Positions 1 through 9,832 of a stretch of 64,000 bases of DNA are shown here, piece by piece. The notes under the pieces are model-generated. The model saw only the letters and a program-made list of their open reading frames with translations. It had not been told where the DNA came from and did no database searches. Each line of letters begins with the position of its first letter. Positions within the stretch are counted from its first letter, which is position 1. Origin of the DNA: Minisyncoccota bacterium (GTDB lineage: Bacteria; Patescibacteriota; Minisyncoccia; Phycocordibacterales; Phycocordibacteraceae); assembly GCA_036399335.1 (NCBI GenBank), contig DASWNF010000014.1:3687-67686 (forward strand), in the 5' to 3' direction. The position numbers were made by a program, and so were the translations under genes.

Positions 1-178
1 GGGCTCGCAATTCATTTCCCATTGCATTCATCGAATCACGGTTAACCGTGAGCCCGCGTCGCTCAATTTCTTCAACGATAAATGCGCGGGCCGAATAGTG
101 CTTGAATCCTTTTTCTTCCAGGTATTCAACCACCGTGCCCTTCCCCGCCCCGTTAGTTCCCGTAATGCCTATGATCAT
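1..178 (-). CDS. P-loop nucleoside/nucleotide kinase (cytidylate kinase / dephospho-CoA kinase-like), N-terminal fragment running off the window
   Basis: Minus-strand ATG at 178 overlaps the secF stop (ATGA). Reverse-complement translation MIIGITGTNGAGKGTVVEYLEEKGFKHYSARAFIVEEIERRGL carries a Walker A GxxGAGKGT motif. Not in the ORF track because it is truncated. Confidence 0.55.
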   Translation of the reverse strand, partial: MIIGITGTNGAGKGTVVEYLEEKGFKHYSARAFIVEEIERRGLTVNRDSMNAMGNELRA

Positions 179-1128
179 GCAGGCTTCTTTTCGTCGTCCG
201 ACTCAAGTGCCGCTTTTGCTGCGGCGCGCTTCTCCGCCCAGACGGCAACCGGGATAAGGAGCGGTGCGGAGCGCGCGATAGAGGAGAACGTACCGATGAT
301 GACGCCGACGAGCATGACGAGGGCGAAGGTGCGCACCGACTCGCTACCAAAGAGGATGATCGCAAGGAGCGCGAGCGCTACCGTGAGCGAGGTGTTGATG
401 GAGCGTCCGAGGGTCTCGGTGATCGACTTACCGACCGTGCGCTCGAACGGCTCCTCTATCTCCCCGTCCTCATTAGCTTTCAAGTGCTCGCGGATGCGGT
501 CGAAGATGACGATGACATCGTTGATGCAGTACCCCATGAGCGCGAGGAGCGCGACCACGAAGAGCGTATCCACTTGTGCGCCCGTAAAGAAGGCGTATAC
601 GGCAAAGAAGCCGGCTGGGACGATGATGTCGATAGCGAGCATGGCGACGGCAATGATGCCGTAGCCCCAGGCAGGGACCGGGCGCGAGACCTTGCGGAAG
701 GCAAAGGCGATATAGAGCATGATGGCAAGCGTAACCGCCCCGATTGCGTAGAGGGCCTTCGTGGCGAGCTCTTGGCCGAGCGACGGGCCGATCGAGTTAA
801 AGCGGAGTTCGGTAAGCGGATACGCGCCTTCGCCCGAAAGCGCGGCGATGACCGTGTCGTGTTCCGCGGGCGTAAGCGCGTGCGTACGTACCGTCAGGTT
901 ATTCGCCCCGCTCTCGCGGACGGATACTTCCGGAAGCCCGAGCGCCTCGAGGCGCGTGGTCGCGTCCTCGCGCGGCATGCGCTCTGCCGTGTACGCGACC
1001 TCGAGGAGCGTCCCTCCGGTAAATTCTATCGAGAGGCGTGGCGGGATGAGGATGAGCGCGGCAACGGAAGCGACGAGGAACAGCCCCGTAAGCCAGAAGA
1101 AGAAGCTGCGATGGTTGACGATAAACAT
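175..1128 (-). CDS. secF: protein translocase subunit SecF
   Basis: ORF 175..1215. The likely true start is M30 (MFIVNHRSFFFWLTG) at 1128, abutting the secD stop at 1130. Multi-TM protein with a SecF-type C-terminal region (TVGKSITETLGRSINTSLT). Confidence 0.9.
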   Translation of the reverse strand: MFIVNHRSFFFWLTGLFLVASVAALILIPPRLSIEFTGGTLLEVAYTAERMPREDATTRLEALGLPEVSVRESGANNLTVRTHALTPAEHDTVIAALSGEGAYPLTELRFNSIGPSLGQELATKALYAIGAVTLAIMLYIAFAFRKVSRPVPAWGYGIIAVAMLAIDIIVPAGFFAVYAFFTGAQVDTLFVVALLALMGYCINDVIVIFDRIREHLKANEDGEIEEPFERTVGKSITETLGRSINTSLTVALALLAIILFGSESVRTFALVMLVGVIIGTFSSIARSAPLLIPVAVWAEKRAAAKAALESDDEKKPA

Positions 1129-1129
1129 A

Positions 1130-2461
1130 CTAGGAAGGGTTAGAGGGGCGTGCGCCGAAGCCCGCCTCGAGAAGCCGCCGCCACGTCGGCGTTGTTTCGT
1201 ACGGGAGGATGGCAAGGAGGAAGACGCGGGTTATGGATACGGCCGTGATAAGCGAGGCAACCACGCCGAGACCGAAGACGAGCGCAAACCCTTGTACGAG
1301 AGGGGTACCCATCCAGAAGAGGATGATGCTCGAGATGATCATCGTGAAGTGCCCGTCGCGGATGGCCGGCCAGGCGCGCTGGAAGCCGATAGCGACGCCG
1401 TCATGCGGCGCCTTCCCCTGCCGCAGCTCTTCCTTCATGCGCTCGAAGATGAGGACGTTCGCATCCACGGCCATACCGATAGAAAGGATGAGCGCCGCGA
1501 TACCCGAGGCCGTAAGCGTGACCGGTATGAATTTAATGAGCGCGATCGTCATGAGGATGTAGATGACGAGCGCTACGGAAGCCACGAGGCCGGGGAGCCG
1601 GTACCAGACGATCATGAAGAGCGCGACGAGGGCAAAGCCGATGACGCTCGCCGTGAGGCCTGCCTGGTACGCATCAGCACCCAGGGTCGGCCCGACGGCG
1701 TTGCTCGAGACGAGCTCGATAGGCACGGGGAGCGCGCCGAAGTTCAGGTCGCGCACGAGCTCCTTCGCTTCGACGGCATTGAATGTACCGGTAATCGTCG
1801 CCTGTCCTCCGGCGATCGGTTCCTGGATCACCGGCTCCGAGATAGGTGCTCCGTCGAGGAAGATGGAAAGGACCTCTCCCACGTTCTCCGTCGTAATCTT
1901 CTCGAAGAGGTCCGAACCTTCGTCATTGAAGTTCAGCACGATGACCGGCCCGCCGCCGACCGAACCGCTCGCGCCCTGCATGAACTGCAGGTCTGCAGAC
2001 TTGAGGTACCGTCCCGTGAGGCCCGTATCAACGTAGCTTGGCGTCGTCGTCCCGGGAGCAGCCTTGAGGAGCTTGAACTCGAGTACCGGCGTCGCGCCGA
2101 TGGCGCCTACGGCAGCGGCGACATCGGTCACGCCCGGAAGCTCGACTAACAGACGGTCCTCGGCCGCGCCGGTAACCGCGCTTGAGCGCTCGAGCTGGAC
2201 GAGCGGTTCGGCCACGCCGAAGACGTTGACGCGCCTCTCAATCACTTCCCGCAAGGAAGAAAGCGCACCTTCCTTATCGGTAACGACGGCGCTCGTGTCC
2301 GCCTTGTAGGTCAAGGCCGTTCCTCCCGCAAGGTCGAGCCCCAACTTTATGGCGAAGCGGGATTCCGGATGATGGGTCGCATATACGAACCACGCGAGGA
2401 GTCCGGCGATGATAAGCACGACTACGGCGGAAACAGTGTGCCGGATACGGGAATCGGTCAT
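1130..2461 (-). CDS. secD: protein translocase subunit SecD
   Basis: 443 aa with N-terminal TM, the LGLDLAGGT SecD motif and C-terminal TM bundle. Sits directly upstream of secF. Confidence 0.92.
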   Translation of the reverse strand: MTDSRIRHTVSAVVVLIIAGLLAWFVYATHHPESRFAIKLGLDLAGGTALTYKADTSAVVTDKEGALSSLREVIERRVNVFGVAEPLVQLERSSAVTGAAEDRLLVELPGVTDVAAAVGAIGATPVLEFKLLKAAPGTTTPSYVDTGLTGRYLKSADLQFMQGASGSVGGGPVIVLNFNDEGSDLFEKITTENVGEVLSIFLDGAPISEPVIQEPIAGGQATITGTFNAVEAKELVRDLNFGALPVPIELVSSNAVGPTLGADAYQAGLTASVIGFALVALFMIVWYRLPGLVASVALVIYILMTIALIKFIPVTLTASGIAALILSIGMAVDANVLIFERMKEELRQGKAPHDGVAIGFQRAWPAIRDGHFTMIISSIILFWMGTPLVQGFALVFGLGVVASLITAVSITRVFLLAILPYETTPTWRRLLEAGFGARPSNPS

Positions 2462-2556
2462 AGATAGGCTCTAGTGTACGAGTTTAGGCTTATTTCGCAA
2501 TATCCTGCCCCCATGCCCACTACCCCATTACATAGGAGGCTCGTCCCTAAGCCGCC

Positions 2557-3357
2557 TTATGGTTGCCGGTTCGCTTCAGCAAGCAGGACGACGTTCTCAA
2601 GGAGGCAGGCGACGGTAATGGGCCCGATGCCGCCCGGGACGGGCGTATACACGCTTGCGACTTCCGCCACGCGCGGATCCACGTCGCCGGCGAGCGAGCC
2701 GCCCAGCTCACTCGTTCCTATATCAATCACGACTGCACCCGGACGGACGTAATCCGGACGTATCAGGTTTGCGACGCCCGCGCCGGATACGATGATATCC
2801 GCGCCTATGCACGCACTCTTGATGTCCCCCTCCTCCTTGGTCACCGCCTGCACGATGGCACCTTCCCGACGGAGCCATTCGGTTGCAGGTAGGCCGACGA
2901 GCCATCCCTGCCCCACGACAACGGCTGCCTTACCGGACGCGCGTACGCCCGCTTCTTCGAGCACTGCCTTAATTGCGCCGGCGACCGGATGGGTGAGCGC
3001 GCCCGTTTCGCGCGTGCGCGATGAGAGCACGTCTGCGTCCTTCGTACTCGGGATGCTGTCGAGTACCTGCTCCGTATCAATATTTCCAGGTAGCGGAAGC
3101 TGCACGATGACGGCATCCTCCGACACCTGCGACAAAAGCTGCACGAGACCCGCCGTCGAATGTTCGTCATACATGCGGACATCCATCCGTACGCCGGCAC
3201 GCACGGCGAGCTGTTGCTTCATTCGGAGGTACGACTGGGTGGCCGGATCCGGAGCAACGGCAATAGCAAGGAAGGAGGGCGCTTCGGGTAACGCCTCCGC
3301 ACGCGTTTTCGTGCGCTCAAGCATGCCCTTCGCGATGGTGCGTCCGTCGATAACCAT
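2557..3357 (-). CDS. folD: bifunctional methylenetetrahydrofolate dehydrogenase/cyclohydrolase FolD
   Basis: 266 aa with LPLPGNIDTEQVLDSIPSTKDADV and a Rossmann GxGxxVG motif (VVVGQGWLVG). Confidence 0.9.
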   Translation of the reverse strand: MVIDGRTIAKGMLERTKTRAEALPEAPSFLAIAVAPDPATQSYLRMKQQLAVRAGVRMDVRMYDEHSTAGLVQLLSQVSEDAVIVQLPLPGNIDTEQVLDSIPSTKDADVLSSRTRETGALTHPVAGAIKAVLEEAGVRASGKAAVVVGQGWLVGLPATEWLRREGAIVQAVTKEEGDIKSACIGADIIVSGAGVANLIRPDYVRPGAVVIDIGTSELGGSLAGDVDPRVAEVASVYTPVPGGIGPITVACLLENVVLLAEANRQP

Positions 3358-3358
3358 G

Positions 3359-4693
3359 TTAGGTGCCGGAGAATGAGGCGAGCGCTCGCAAGGTCTTGAG
3401 GGCTATGGCCATATCAAGCCCGAATGACCGGTTCTTGAGGTAATAGAGGTCGTACGAAAGTTTACGCCGCGTCCGCGGGACGTCAGCCGCGCCGCGTGGC
3501 GCGTCATAATCATATATCTGCGCCCACCCGGAAAGTCCCGGGGCGATCAGGTGACGGATGCTGTAGTACGGGATCTCGCGCTCATAGGTGTGTGCGATGG
3601 CTGGCAGTTCGGGGCGCGGACCGATGAAGGAGAGTTCCCCACGGCATATGTTCCAGAGCTGCGGGAGCTCGTCGATGCGGGTCTTACGGAGGAACTTCCC
3701 GAGCGTGGTCACGCGGTTCCCTTTCTGGAGTTCCGGGTCCCCATGGTCGTTTATGAGCATCGAGCGAAGCTTCACGATGCGGAACGGCCGTCCCCCTTCG
3801 CCGATACGCGTGTGGAAGACGAAGGGCTCCCCGCGCTCGATAAGAAGGAGGATGGCTGCAACCAGGATGAAGGGCGTGGCAAGGACGAGCCCGACAAGCG
3901 CACCCGCAAGGTCGATGAGACGCTTCAAGAAACTGTAAATGACGTTCCGTTTCGGCAGGCATTCAAGTATCCACGCATGGTCGATGTGGTCGAGCGGCAC
4001 CCGGTCGAACAAGCTCTCATAAAAGGCTGAGAACTCGACGAAGGAAACGCCGGACACCATGAGGTCGTAGAGCGCCGGCAATTCGCGTCGCACGTCCTCG
4101 TTCCGCGTATCGATGACGACGAACGACACCCCGCTTTCGGTCGCGCGCCGTATCCGCTCCGAAAGCTGGCCCTCCGCAAGCGCCGAAGGGTCGAGATGCT
4201 CATCAAACGTAATGTAGTACTTCGGCTGCCGGTTGACCTCACTGTGCACTGCGGCAACGAGCGACCCGGTCCCGACGATGAGCGCGCGCTCGCGGCCGGC
4301 AAGCTTGAGCGCAGGCACGACAAAGAAACGCCAGCTGCTGATGAGCGCAACCGAGATGCCAAGGTACAGCGCGAGTATCGTCTTCGGCGCGATCTCAAGC
4401 GGGAGGATGAAGAAGATGACGGCGGCAATGACGGTGTTTGCGAACTGGGCCCCTAAAATGCGGGTACCGAGGATGCGCTTCACGAGGCGGGCCTGCCGCT
4501 CATAAAGGCCGGAGATGAAGAAGATGAGGAGCGAGAACAGGAAGACCGGTACGAAGGCCGTAAGATGCCCGATGAAATAGGCCGTGCCGGGGACGGCAAG
4601 CGCGCGCGCGGCGAGCGCGAGCCAGAGGGAACATATTAAGAGGAGTACGTCCCCGAGGAGCAGAAAGGCCGTCTCACGGCGGGTCGTATGCAT
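3359..4693 (-). CDS. polyprenyl-phosphate sugar phosphotransferase (WbaP/bacterial sugar transferase family)
   Basis: C-terminal catalytic domain LRSMLINDHGDPELQKGNRVTTLGKFLRKTRIDELPQLWNICRGELSFIGPRPELP with multi-TM N-terminus. Start moved to M132 (MHTTRRETAFLLL, ATG at 4693) because the 5086 start would overlap the divergent GT4 gene. Confidence 0.85.
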   Translation of the reverse strand: MHTTRRETAFLLLGDVLLLICSLWLALAARALAVPGTAYFIGHLTAFVPVFLFSLLIFFISGLYERQARLVKRILGTRILGAQFANTVIAAVIFFILPLEIAPKTILALYLGISVALISSWRFFVVPALKLAGRERALIVGTGSLVAAVHSEVNRQPKYYITFDEHLDPSALAEGQLSERIRRATESGVSFVVIDTRNEDVRRELPALYDLMVSGVSFVEFSAFYESLFDRVPLDHIDHAWILECLPKRNVIYSFLKRLIDLAGALVGLVLATPFILVAAILLLIERGEPFVFHTRIGEGGRPFRIVKLRSMLINDHGDPELQKGNRVTTLGKFLRKTRIDELPQLWNICRGELSFIGPRPELPAIAHTYEREIPYYSIRHLIAPGLSGWAQIYDYDAPRGAADVPRTRRKLSYDLYYLKNRSFGLDMAIALKTLRALASFSGT

Positions 4694-4771
4694 TGCTTGG
4701 ATACTATAACGCAGGCAGCGCCTGTAAAGTCGCTTGCTACCCTCGGTCGATGCCGTAGAGTTATCACATAT

Positions 4772-5941
4772 ATGGAACGCCAAGAAAGCCTCGCAGGTAA
4801 GCGCCTCCTCTTCGTCATCACCAAGTCCAACTGGGGCGGTGCCCAGGCTTACGTCTGCACCCTCGCAAAACATTCCCAAAGCCTGGGTATGGAGGTCGCT
4901 GTCGCCCTTGGCGGTACCGGCCGACCGGGAAGCGATACGGGCATCCTGGCTGCTCGGCTTACGGAAGCCGGCATTCGCGTCCACGTCGTCCCTGCCCTTG
5001 CCCGTGACATTTCTCCGCTCCACGAGTGGCGCGCACTCCAAGCACTGACCGCGTTCATCCGGAGCGAACGCCCCGACATCCTCCACCTAAACAGCTCGAA
5101 GGCCGGCGTCTTGGGGGCGATAGCGGGCCGGCGCGCGCGCATAGGCCGTATCGTCTTTACCGTACACGGCTGGCCCCATCGGGAACCGTGCGGGGCGGTG
5201 ATGCGCGCCGTACGCTGGCTTGGGTCCTGGCTGACGGTCGTCCTGTCGCACGCCGTCATAGCCGTCTCCGACTGTGACCGCTGCACCGCACCGGTTATAT
5301 TCTCACGCAAGAAAATCGCGGTCGTCCGTAACGGCATGGGCGACTTCCCCACCCTCGAGAAGGAAGCGGCGCGGCACTTCCTGGCGCCCGACATCCCTGC
5401 CCTCGCGAAGCTCACGTCCTGGGTGCTCATCCCTGCCGAGCTCACGCGCAATAAGGGCATCGATATCGCCATTCGCGCATTTGCTGGCGTCAGTACGAAC
5501 GTCGACCACGCCGCGCTCGTCATGGTGGGCGAGGGCGAAGAGCACGAGCACCTCACGCGACTCATCGAGTCCTACGGGCTCGGCGGCCGCGCCTTCCTGC
5601 TCGGCTTCGTACCGGACGTACGCCGCTACTTGAAAGCCGCCGATATCTTCCTCCTCCCCTCCCGCAAGGAAGGCCTGCCGCTCGCAGTCCTTGAAGCCGG
5701 GCGCGCAGGCCTCCCCGCAATTGCTACGCGCACCGGCGGCATACCCGAAATTATCGAGCACCAAAAAACCGGCTTACTTATTAACCCTGGTGACGTCGAT
5801 GCACTTGCCGACGCCATGACGACACTCCTCACGAACCCCGTGGACGCAACAAAGCTCGGCATGGCGCTCGAGCAGAAGGTGCGCGAGGAATTCTCCGAGA
5901 AGATGATGCTCGACCGTACGCTTCTCCTATACGTTAAATAA
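4772..5941 (+). CDS. glycosyltransferase family 4 (GT4)
   Basis: EGLPLAVLEAGRAGLPAIATRTGGIPEIIEHQKTGLLINPGD is the GT4 E-x7-E region. Start placed at MERQESLAGKRLLFVITKSNWGGAQ (ATG at 4772). Transcribed divergently from the sugar transferase, sharing a 78-bp promoter region. Confidence 0.88.
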   Translation: MERQESLAGKRLLFVITKSNWGGAQAYVCTLAKHSQSLGMEVAVALGGTGRPGSDTGILAARLTEAGIRVHVVPALARDISPLHEWRALQALTAFIRSERPDILHLNSSKAGVLGAIAGRRARIGRIVFTVHGWPHREPCGAVMRAVRWLGSWLTVVLSHAVIAVSDCDRCTAPVIFSRKKIAVVRNGMGDFPTLEKEAARHFLAPDIPALAKLTSWVLIPAELTRNKGIDIAIRAFAGVSTNVDHAALVMVGEGEEHEHLTRLIESYGLGGRAFLLGFVPDVRRYLKAADIFLLPSRKEGLPLAVLEAGRAGLPAIATRTGGIPEIIEHQKTGLLINPGDVDALADAMTTLLTNPVDATKLGMALEQKVREEFSEKMMLDRTLLLYVK

Positions 5942-5944
5942 TAA

Positions 5945-5975
5945 AGGGCGGAGTCACTGACTCCGCCCTTTCCAT
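5945..5975. terminator. rho-independent terminator hairpin (bidirectional)
   Basis: agggcggagtcactgactccgccct followed by a T-run. Lies between the GT4 stop and a convergent small ORF. Confidence 0.7.
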
Positions 5976-6155
5976 TCAGCAGTTCCGCGGTCGGCTGCGC
6001 TTGATCGGCGACTTGGCCCGGGCGTCTGCCCGTATCTTCCACAGCTCTTCACCGGGGAGATTGTGTATGCCCGGGATGCTGCGCGCAGCATTCGGTGCGC
6101 CTTCGCCTGCCCCTGACGTAGAGGAACTGCCGTTATCGGACTTCTTCTTAACCAT
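5976..6155 (-). CDS. candidate small protein (59 aa), Lys/Ser-rich N-terminus
   Basis: Minus ATG at 6155 is preceded by AAGGAGATAGGTC, one of the strongest SD matches in the window. Translation MVKKKSDNGSSSTSGAGEGAPNAARSIPGIHNLPGEELWKIRADARAKSPIKRSRPRNC ends with TGA at 5976. Below the 60-aa cut-off of the ORF track. Confidence 0.4.
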   Translation of the reverse strand: MVKKKSDNGSSSTSGAGEGAPNAARSIPGIHNLPGEELWKIRADARAKSPIKRSRPRNC

Positions 6156-6207
6156 GACCTATCTCCTTGTCTGCCAGGAAGGGTACGGCATACGAGGAAG
6201 GAGTCAA

Positions 6208-7344
6208 CTATCCCTCGTATTCTTGCGTCGCGTTATCGCGCGGGACGCTCCTCCCCTGCTGCGAGAGCGAGGCGACGATACCAAGCGCGAGGAACTCGAT
6301 GAGCACGTGCGAACCGCCCGAGCTCATGAACGGTATCGTCGTACCCGTAACGGGCAGGAGCCCGAGGTTGATGCCCGCGTGGATGCCGATGTGGGCCGTA
6401 AAGAGTATGGCGACACCGATGGCGAATAAGGCATCGAAATTTGCCGCCGCAAGGCGCGAGATCTTAAGGAGCTGGTAGAGCAACAGCCCGTAGAGCGCGA
6501 GCAGGAGCGTGACGCCGACAAACCCCCACTCCTCGGCGAAGGCTGCGAAGATGAAGTCCGTCTCGTACTCAGGCAGGAAGCGGAGCTTAGACTGCGTACC
6601 GTACCCGATGCCCTTCCCGAAGAGCTCGCCGCTGCCGGCGGCGACGGTCGCCTGGTACGCGTTATACCCGCTGCCGCGGATGTCCGCAGCCGGGTTCACG
6701 AAGGCAAGGATGCGCGTACGCTGGTATTCTTGGAGCCCGAATAACCAGAGCCCCGCCGCAGCGACCAGCCCCGTCATGAAGACGATGGCGAGGTGCTTTT
6801 TTGAGATGCCCGAGACGAGCACCATGCCGAACCAGACCGCCGAAAGGATGACGGCCGTGCCGAGGTCTGGCTGCACAAGAATGAGGAGGATAATGGCCGA
6901 GATATAAATGCCTGAAACGACGATATGGTGGATGTACCCTATCTGCATGTGCCGGCGCGAAAAGTACTTGGCAAGGAGCGCGATGACAATGAGCTTTGCC
7001 ACGTCAGCCGGCTGGAACGTAAAGGAGCCGAAGCTGAACCAGCTCCGCGCACCTTGGATCGTGTCGCCGATGACGAGCACCAGGCAAAGGAGCGCGATGA
7101 CGCCGAGGTAGCCCGCGATGATGACCGGCGTGCGCCTGATGAAGCGCATGTCGGTCACGGCGACGAGGAAGTACGCGATAATACCCAGCCCTATCCAGAT
7201 GAGCTGGCGCGGCGCAAGCGACGGCGAGCCGTCGAACGGGTGGATAGTAAGGACCCCAAGGAGCGACAGGACGATGCCAAGCGCGAGCAAGGGCCAGGTG
7301 CCAAGTACGGCCTTGAAGGAATGCGTGCGGACGAGCTCACTCAT
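6208..7344 (-). CDS. FtsW/RodA/SpoVE family peptidoglycan glycosyltransferase
   Basis: 378 aa, ~10 TM, SEDS-family motifs (PADVAKL, GSGYNAYQA, QSKLRFLPE). Confidence 0.88.
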   Translation of the reverse strand: MSELVRTHSFKAVLGTWPLLALGIVLSLLGVLTIHPFDGSPSLAPRQLIWIGLGIIAYFLVAVTDMRFIRRTPVIIAGYLGVIALLCLVLVIGDTIQGARSWFSFGSFTFQPADVAKLIVIALLAKYFSRRHMQIGYIHHIVVSGIYISAIILLILVQPDLGTAVILSAVWFGMVLVSGISKKHLAIVFMTGLVAAAGLWLFGLQEYQRTRILAFVNPAADIRGSGYNAYQATVAAGSGELFGKGIGYGTQSKLRFLPEYETDFIFAAFAEEWGFVGVTLLLALYGLLLYQLLKISRLAAANFDALFAIGVAILFTAHIGIHAGINLGLLPVTGTTIPFMSSGGSHVLIEFLALGIVASLSQQGRSVPRDNATQEYEG

Positions 7345-8114
7345 GGCGCACCGCCGACACGGGGAACGGGCAGGATCTCGTACCGCGCGACGGATGCGGC
7401 AAAGGGCGCGTTCCAGGTAAAGATAAGCGGGCTCGTCCCCTGCGACGGCAAGGTGGGTACGAGGGTCTGGGAGGCGGCCATGGCGTTCCCTGACACGTCA
7501 AAGACCGTGGCCACTAGCACGGTGTTATATACGGGCTCCGCGAAGGGATTCACGAGGGTAGCCGTGATGCGCGGCGCGTCCCCTTCCGTGACCGCTATAT
7601 TGCTGACGGACGGGAGCACGGGACGGGACGCAGGCGGCCTGGTCCAGATGATGGATTCCGCCTTAGGCGTGAGAAAGGCGACACCGGCCTCGGTTCCCCG
7701 CGGCGCTACGTTAGCCGCATAGAACGGCACCACGGTTGCAGCCGGCAAGTCGACGGTCACGGTCTTCGTCGCAATCACCCGGCCTTGGGCATCATGGACC
7801 TCAAGGAGGAACGGCGCGTCTTCCGCTTCGGCGTTCGTGTTGCGGTTCTCGATATACGCGATGATGTCCGTCCTGCCGGGTTGCGGCGTCGTAGGGCGCA
7901 CGAAGTTAACGATGGGCAGCGTGCCGACGTCAGCCGTGCATACGAGAGAGCACGCGCCGCCGCAGTCGATACCGCGTTCGTCCTGGTTTTGCTTCCCGTC
8001 AGAACACGAGGGTACCTGGTAGAAGACGGCGAAGCCGATTATGGCGAGTACGGCGAGCAAGGTCATGCTCGCGACCGTGATGATAAGCGCCTTCCGGCGT
8101 CCTGCCCAAGACAT
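7341..8114 (-). CDS. hypothetical membrane-anchored protein (Cys-rich N-terminal segment)
   Basis: 257 aa with an N-terminal TM. Its stop overlaps the ftsW-like start by 4 nt (ATGA). No recognisable domain. Confidence 0.6.
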   Translation of the reverse strand: MSWAGRRKALIITVASMTLLAVLAIIGFAVFYQVPSCSDGKQNQDERGIDCGGACSLVCTADVGTLPIVNFVRPTTPQPGRTDIIAYIENRNTNAEAEDAPFLLEVHDAQGRVIATKTVTVDLPAATVVPFYAANVAPRGTEAGVAFLTPKAESIIWTRPPASRPVLPSVSNIAVTEGDAPRITATLVNPFAEPVYNTVLVATVFDVSGNAMAASQTLVPTLPSQGTSPLIFTWNAPFAASVARYEILPVPRVGGAP

Positions 8115-8157
8115 ACGGACAGTATATAACCTTTGCCGCCCGCTTTATAGGACATAA

Positions 8158-8189
8158 GAAAACCTCAGCCGGTACCGGCTGAGGTTTTC
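8158..8189. terminator. terminator hairpin downstream of rRNA operon (second of two)
   Basis: aaaacctcagccggtaccggctgaggtttt is a perfect stem flanked by A/T runs. Confidence 0.6.
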
Positions 8190-8200
8190 TTATGTGTACG

Positions 8201-8230
8201 AAAAAAGCAGCCTATAAGGCTGCTTTTTTC
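8201..8230 (-). terminator. rho-independent terminator immediately 3' of 5S rRNA
   Basis: aaaaaagcagcctataaggctgcttttttc. Confidence 0.7.
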
Positions 8231-8242
8231 TGTCCCGAAGAA

Positions 8243-8364
<122 letters not shown>

Positions 8365-8755
8365 CTGGGCGCGTTCGACAGGGCGTCGACGCGTTAAATA
8401 CGTAAAGGTAATAGATAGCAATCACTTCAGTTAGTGCTATACAGAATTCCGCACCGGAACCATTGGACATATTAGTACTCCTCGACTGAACACATTGCTG
8501 TGCGTACATCTAGAGCCTATCAACCTAGTAATCTGCTAGGTGTCTCATAACGATTCCTAATCTTTGAGTGGGCTTCCCGCTTATATGCTTTCAGCAGTTA
8601 TCCCGTCCCGACGTAGCTACCCAGCGATGCTCCTGGCGGAACAGCTGGTAGACCAGAGGTCAGTTCACCCCGGTCCTCTCGTACTAGGGGCAACACTCAT
8701 CAAGAATCAACGCCTGTAGTAGATAGGAGACCAACCTGTCTCACGCATTTCGTTT

Positions 8756-9175
8756 GCTCCGATTACTCGGAGGATCGGACTGTAACTTCACCCGGGCTGG
8801 GTGACTGACATTCAGTCTCTACGGGCGCCAAGTGCACTCGCGTGAGCGAGCTGCTTTCTCCGCTTCCCTCGGTATTGCCCGCCGAGATTTTCTTAGCGGT
8901 ATTCCGCTTTAGAAAATCCAAGTGCAGTCGCTTTCTTAAGCGAGCTGCCCTCCTTATTAAGGCAGGTGGGGTTCCACCGATATGAGTCAGTTTGCTTGTA
9001 CGCATTCCTGCGTACAACCGCCGTGTCATGGTTGGTTCTATTCTTGTTTCAAGACGAAAAGACATTCACTCATCGCACTTTTTCGAATTCTGACAACAGA
9101 AATCTCGAAGGGATTCAAACGGTGTGAGAATCAATTCAAAGAATAAATCCTAAGTATCAATTCCCACACGGTTTG
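8756..9175 (-). other. ~420-nt insertion in 23S domain V at the L2593-like (I-CreI-type) intron site; putative ORF-less group I intron
   Basis: Conserved exon sequence GGTACGCGAGCTGGGTT is interrupted before ...AACGAAATGCGTGAGACAGGTTGG. The inserted block is AT-richer. The only ORF inside (8763..9065) has no homing-endonuclease motif. Confidence 0.6.
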
Positions 9176-9832
9176 AACCCAGCTCGCGTACCTTTTTAAT
9201 TGGCGAACAGCCAAACGCTTGGGACCTTCTCCAGCCCCGCGCTAAGGTGAGCCGACATCGAGGTGCCGAACTCCGCCGTCGCTATGGACGCTTGGGCGGA
9301 ACTAGCCTGTTATCCCCAGGGTAACTTTTATCCGTTAATCTCTGGCCGCATCTAAGGCGGACCATCGGTTCACTATGCTCTGCTTTCGCATCTGCTCGGG
9401 ATGTACCCCTCACAGTTAAGCCCACTTATGCCATTACACTATCGGCACGGTTTCCATTCGCGCCTAGTGGACCTTAATAGACTCCTCCGTTACTTTTTAG
9501 GAGGATAGCGCCCCACCAAAACTACCCGCCAGACACTGTTCCCGATTAGTTCTTAACCGGGTTAGAGACTGCACAATCCAAGAGTGGTATTTCACTGGCG
9601 ACTCCACGAGAGCCAAAACCCTCGCTTCAAAGTCTCCCACCTATGCTACGCATGGACCACACAGCCCCAATATCAAGCTGTAGTAAAGCTCCTGGGGTCT
9701 TTTCGTCTAACTACAGGTAACCGGCATCTTCACCGGTATTGCATTTTCACCGAGCGAGTCCTCGAGACAGTTTTCCACTCATTACGCCATTCGTGCACGT
9801 CTGAACTTACCAGACAAGGAATTACGCTCTAC

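Noticed and set aside
98-1143. ORFs 98..664(+), 153..365(-), 480..728(-), 484..1143(+) and similar long antisense ORFs throughout (e.g. 761..2149, 44160..46142, 47802..49439, 50804..51907)
   Set aside because: They lie opposite or out of frame to confidently identified genes (secF/secD, ileS, argS, glyA). They have low-complexity Arg/Ala/Ser-rich translations typical of high-GC antisense frames.
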